DNA of 64,000 nucleotides from positions 8,432,001-8,496,000 of the forward strand of contig CM102289.1 in the NCBI GenBank assembly GCA_046563655.1, read 5' to 3'. Shown one piece after another: positions 60,600-64,000 of this stretch. Origin of the DNA: Yuukianura sp. NJ FZ-2021 (Eukaryota). Numbering within the stretch: the stretch's first letter is position 1; each line of letters begins with the position of its first letter. Made by a program: the position numbers and the translations under genes. Below the pieces are notes generated by a model. That model worked only from the letters and a program-made list of their open reading frames with translations. It was not told the DNA's origin and ran no database searches.

Positions 60600-62964
60600 G
60601 GAGGATTGATTAGTCGTTTACACAACGTAACCCCACTGTTGTGTCTGAACGTTTATGACGTTGGGACCACTTGGTATATGTTAGGTAGCTCAGCGACGTA
60701 ACAAAAATAAAGATGGCCACGTTTCACTACTAAAATCGCAGTATGAAATTCGTTAACGATACGTCAAGTGAACTCAACCCGGACGAACATGATACTTCAA
60801 ATTGCACAAATTGGTAAATGGACTTGACTTGTTGTCACTGATGAGCTGAGAGATGCTGACTAGATTCCAACCCAACAATGTCTTCTGCTGGAGCTGGAGT
60901 CAGTGACCTTGGAGGGCACGGTTGTTTCAGTGGCTTGGTGTGTTTCACCTACTAATAGGTAGACATTCCGATGGCTGTCAGCTGGCGGAAGTCCAGCGAG
61001 GGGGACTTCACGATAAGTGGCCTGTGGATTGTCCTGTGAAGAGCGTACAATTGTCAAGGGCTTAAGGGTCCTCCAAAGGGCCTCTGTAGGGTGTGAGGGC
61101 CCGTAACTGTGTCTTTTTATTTGGCCTTTTAGGAGTTGGCTATAATTCCCTCCGTCCAAGTGGAGTCTTTGACTCTGCTGGAGACTGGCTGACTATAGAG
61201 TGAGGACGGCGCATACAAGATGTAGCCTAGTAGTCCAATTTCCCAGAGAGCTCAATATGTCTGCCTGCAATCCAAGCCATAGATGCTACACAGTACCGTA
61301 CGGTGGTATGGGAGGGGGCTTCACACTTACAAAGTGTTCCACTCAACTTCGGAAGAGGGACGAAGATGAGCAGTCTGCAGGGCCGGATCGGCTACTATTC
61401 CGGCCGATTCGGCCGTTGTTACTTTTCCAGCGGCTAAAACAAAACTTTGGCATTAAATAATGTTCTACAAGATTGAAATAAAAGACTTCTGTCGGGATTT
61501 TTATAGTAAGCACTTATTAGATGATTTGACGTAAACAGGTACTGGACGACATCCATATCGCAAGTTGTCAATGATGGGAAACATGAATCCCTATGCCCAG
61601 AGTATTTTCACCTGTGTAACTAGTAACATTGTTTCCTTAGGTGTTTAGTTTAGTGTATATCTAATCGAAAGTTTTCAAGTGGCATGTAGTTATGGAGCGG
61701 TCAGTCCCATACGTATTAGTATACGTGTTTATGATGACGGACTTCAAATCTGGCCCTGCCCTGCTGCCAAAGAAGCCTAGTCTGAGGTGGTGAACGCATG
61801 TAAACATTGGATATAGATGAAGCTTTCATTTTAAAGTGGCAAAATGGCAAGCATGTTGAATACTGTTGCTCTTTCTTGGTGTGGGTGCTTCTGCAGATCC
61901 TGGATAACCCCCTATTCGACATTGATGCGCCCTATTGAAATCGAAAGCATAATAAACCATTCACTGTTACTTTCCTTATCAGCGCTAACTACTGTGGCCG
62001 ATTAATGTTGATGACGGCGACGGTGACGGAACTGATATTATTGATATTAAGTGCAGGTATACAAGTGCCTTAAGTGCCTTGAGTCTGGAACGCACATTGT
62101 TGAGTTGTCGTGTGGCCAAGCGGGAGCAACGCTCGGCAAAAACTGTGAAAGATTCAGCGAGCAATAAATATAAACAACTCGCTATCACTGTTTATAGTAC
62201 ACGGTTTATAGAACCACATAGAATTTGAGTATTTTAAGTTTAAATTGAACCGACTTAATTATTGTAAAACATGATTAATCTAAAAGTGCACATTTGTCTA
62301 TGATTTCGATCTAATAAGTACTAATCATTTTAGATAAGAGTGGGATTTACTGCCGACGCGTAAAACGGTGATGGTAACAAACAATTGGTCAGCTGCGTCG
62401 TGGAATGCCCCAACTTGAACTTGAATTAGTTCCTGCGTCACTAAATTGGCAAGGGATTGACGTTAATTATTTGCACTGCGTTCACAATCAATCACTGATC
62501 AACAATACTGATGGATGATGCGTTTCAGAAAACGACGTAATTGTGGATTACGTTTTCGATATTGTCCTCGAAATCAAATACTTGGGTCACGACAACGTGG
62601 GGTACCGAGAGACACCTTAACAAATCTCGCGGGACAAATTCAAACCTAAAAATAAACAAGAAAAAAAATTTAAGCATAAACTGAATTTCAGAATTTCTCA
62701 TCTGGATTTTCAGAATTTCGAAGTTTTTGTCTCCGTAATTTGGATTTTCTACCTCTATTGAACAGGCTGAAATTCGTTTTTAATTATCTAGGCTCTGCTG
62801 GTGAGAGAGACCAAGGTACGTTAAGTTGAAATCGAAATTAATCCATACCCGAAAGCATCATCGATGTAAAAACGATTTGATCAATGGACAGGTCCGGCCC
62901 CGGCTCGCTGTTTGCAGATAAACAACGTTGAGGTTGGAATTCACAGTCATTACGACATAAGATA
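60600..62964. promoter_or_regulatory. Divergent (head-to-head) upstream region between CRTC and MAIP1
   Basis: Start codons point away from each other (60599 on -, 62965 on +). More CpG-rich than the semaphorin introns. Transcription start sites not determined. Confidence 0.5.
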
Positions 62965-63927
62965 ATGCTACGCTTTGTCAAGTACCGTATTGCTGCTGCA
63001 CTGCCGCCTCCTCGGTTTCGACAAATACTACCTCTGTTTTACGGGGATTTTGTTCTGGGATTCCGTCCTGACGTTCAACCATCGCCGTACTCAAGAAATT
63101 CAGTACCATCGTCTTCCTTAAACCAAAGGAGGTCATGGTTTCATACCGCACAACGGCTTGACGCTAGCAACGATGAAGAAAGGACAGTTGTACTACCCGA
63201 CCTATCCGATTTTCCCAAAGTTGCTGTTCCTCGGTTTCTTTTAACACTGCAGAATATAGTCTACTCATATATTATTGGGGCATACATGGACCAAGAGTTT
63301 GATATGAAGGAATTCGATCGTGGTGCACGCCAGGTATGAAAGTAGCTTACGTCAACGTCAAGTTGTGATATAATCCTTTGTATTTTTAGGCGTTGTCCAT
63401 TGTTTCACAAAAACTCGCCGACGGAAACCTGGACGAACTGGATGGATTAGTTGATCCCGAAACAATCGCAGAACTTCGGCAGTCGATATCAACATTCAGC
63501 GTCTTCCAGCGATCACTACTTTCGGTCAAAATGGAAGACATTGTCTTTTCTTTCCCTTACAGAATTGGAGTTATGCTTCCCGATCCACCTCCGCAGCAAC
63601 CTAGATCTCATGGTACTTTACATTTTCTTCACAAATCGTAGTTTTCATAGCTGTGGATGATTTAATTTAGACACTGCAGAACCTCTACCACCGCAAACGA
63701 GACACGTTGAGATTACAGTAGTTTTTCACGTTCTAAGGAATCACCTGCAGAGATCTAAACAACCCGTTAACTGGACTTCACTACGCGCGATTGAAAACGA
63801 AAATCGCAACAACGCTATGGTTTGTAACTACCGCTTTTTTCGTGACTTTACAAAAGGCGTCGAAAACCAAACGTGGATAATTAATAAGCTTAACCATTTT
63901 CTACCAGCTGAGCATACAAATCTCTGA
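62965..63927 (+). CDS. MAIP1: m-AAA protease-interacting protein 1, mitochondrial (MAIP1/C2orf47-like), ~282 aa
   Basis: Exons 62965-63333, 63390-63612, 63671-63927 (TGA); 849 nt in frame. Arg-rich, acid-poor presequence (MLRFVKYRIAAALPPPRFRQ). Motifs YMDQEFDMKEFDRGARQALSIVSQKLADG, HVEITVVFH and VCNYRFFRDFTKGVENQTWIINKLNHF match the family pattern as I recall it. Confidence 0.85.
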
Positions 63928-64000
63928 CCATATTTTAGAACTAAAGTAGTCAGAATAAATTAACATCGGATTTATCGTTTCCCGTGAACTCCATGTTTCT

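Noticed and set aside
60860..61159. 99-codon minus-strand ORF as a non-LTR retrotransposon C-terminal remnant
   Set aside because: Only a vague resemblance (LDGGNYSQLLK); no RT or endonuclease motifs and no poly(A)/repeat tail. Cannot be supported without BLASTX.
1..64000. tRNA, rRNA or snRNA genes
   Set aside because: No cloverleaf/T-loop (GTTCGAATC-type) context or rRNA-like sequence recognised by eye; a tRNAscan-SE/Infernal run would be needed to exclude them formally.

Overview
Eukaryotic, AT-rich, intron-containing genomic DNA. It is almost certainly arthropod/pancrustacean, judging from the class-1 semaphorin, the peritrophin-type gene, many ~55-70 nt introns and scattered TTAGG; the species cannot be determined. 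I reconstructed five spliced protein-coding genes by hand from GT-AG sites and frame continuity. (1) A transmembrane Semaphorin-1a-like gene on + (19 coding exons, 27109-45314). Its signal-peptide exon was not found, so 1-27108 is most likely a very long 5' intron. (2) A secreted protein with four chitin-binding type-2 domains, nested antisense in a semaphorin intron (37261-38454, -). (3) An unrecognised ~473-aa secreted precursor with several furin-type sites and a polybasic tail (49314-51085, +). (4) CRTC/TORC (53652-60599, -). (5) MAIP1/C2orf47-like (62965-63927, +), head-to-head with CRTC. Non-genic structure includes four TA-flanked Tc1/mariner-type MITEs, a 318-bp tandem array whose units are themselves large palindromes (48262-49040), a strong G/C strand skew that follows transcription direction, a dense strand-biased GGAGAAAGT motif, and a CRE half-site cluster in a CRTC intron. 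I saw no rRNA, tRNA or CRISPR array. Most ORFs in the supplied track are spurious intronic ORFs. The best novelty candidates are the orphan proprotein and the palindromic satellite just upstream of it.
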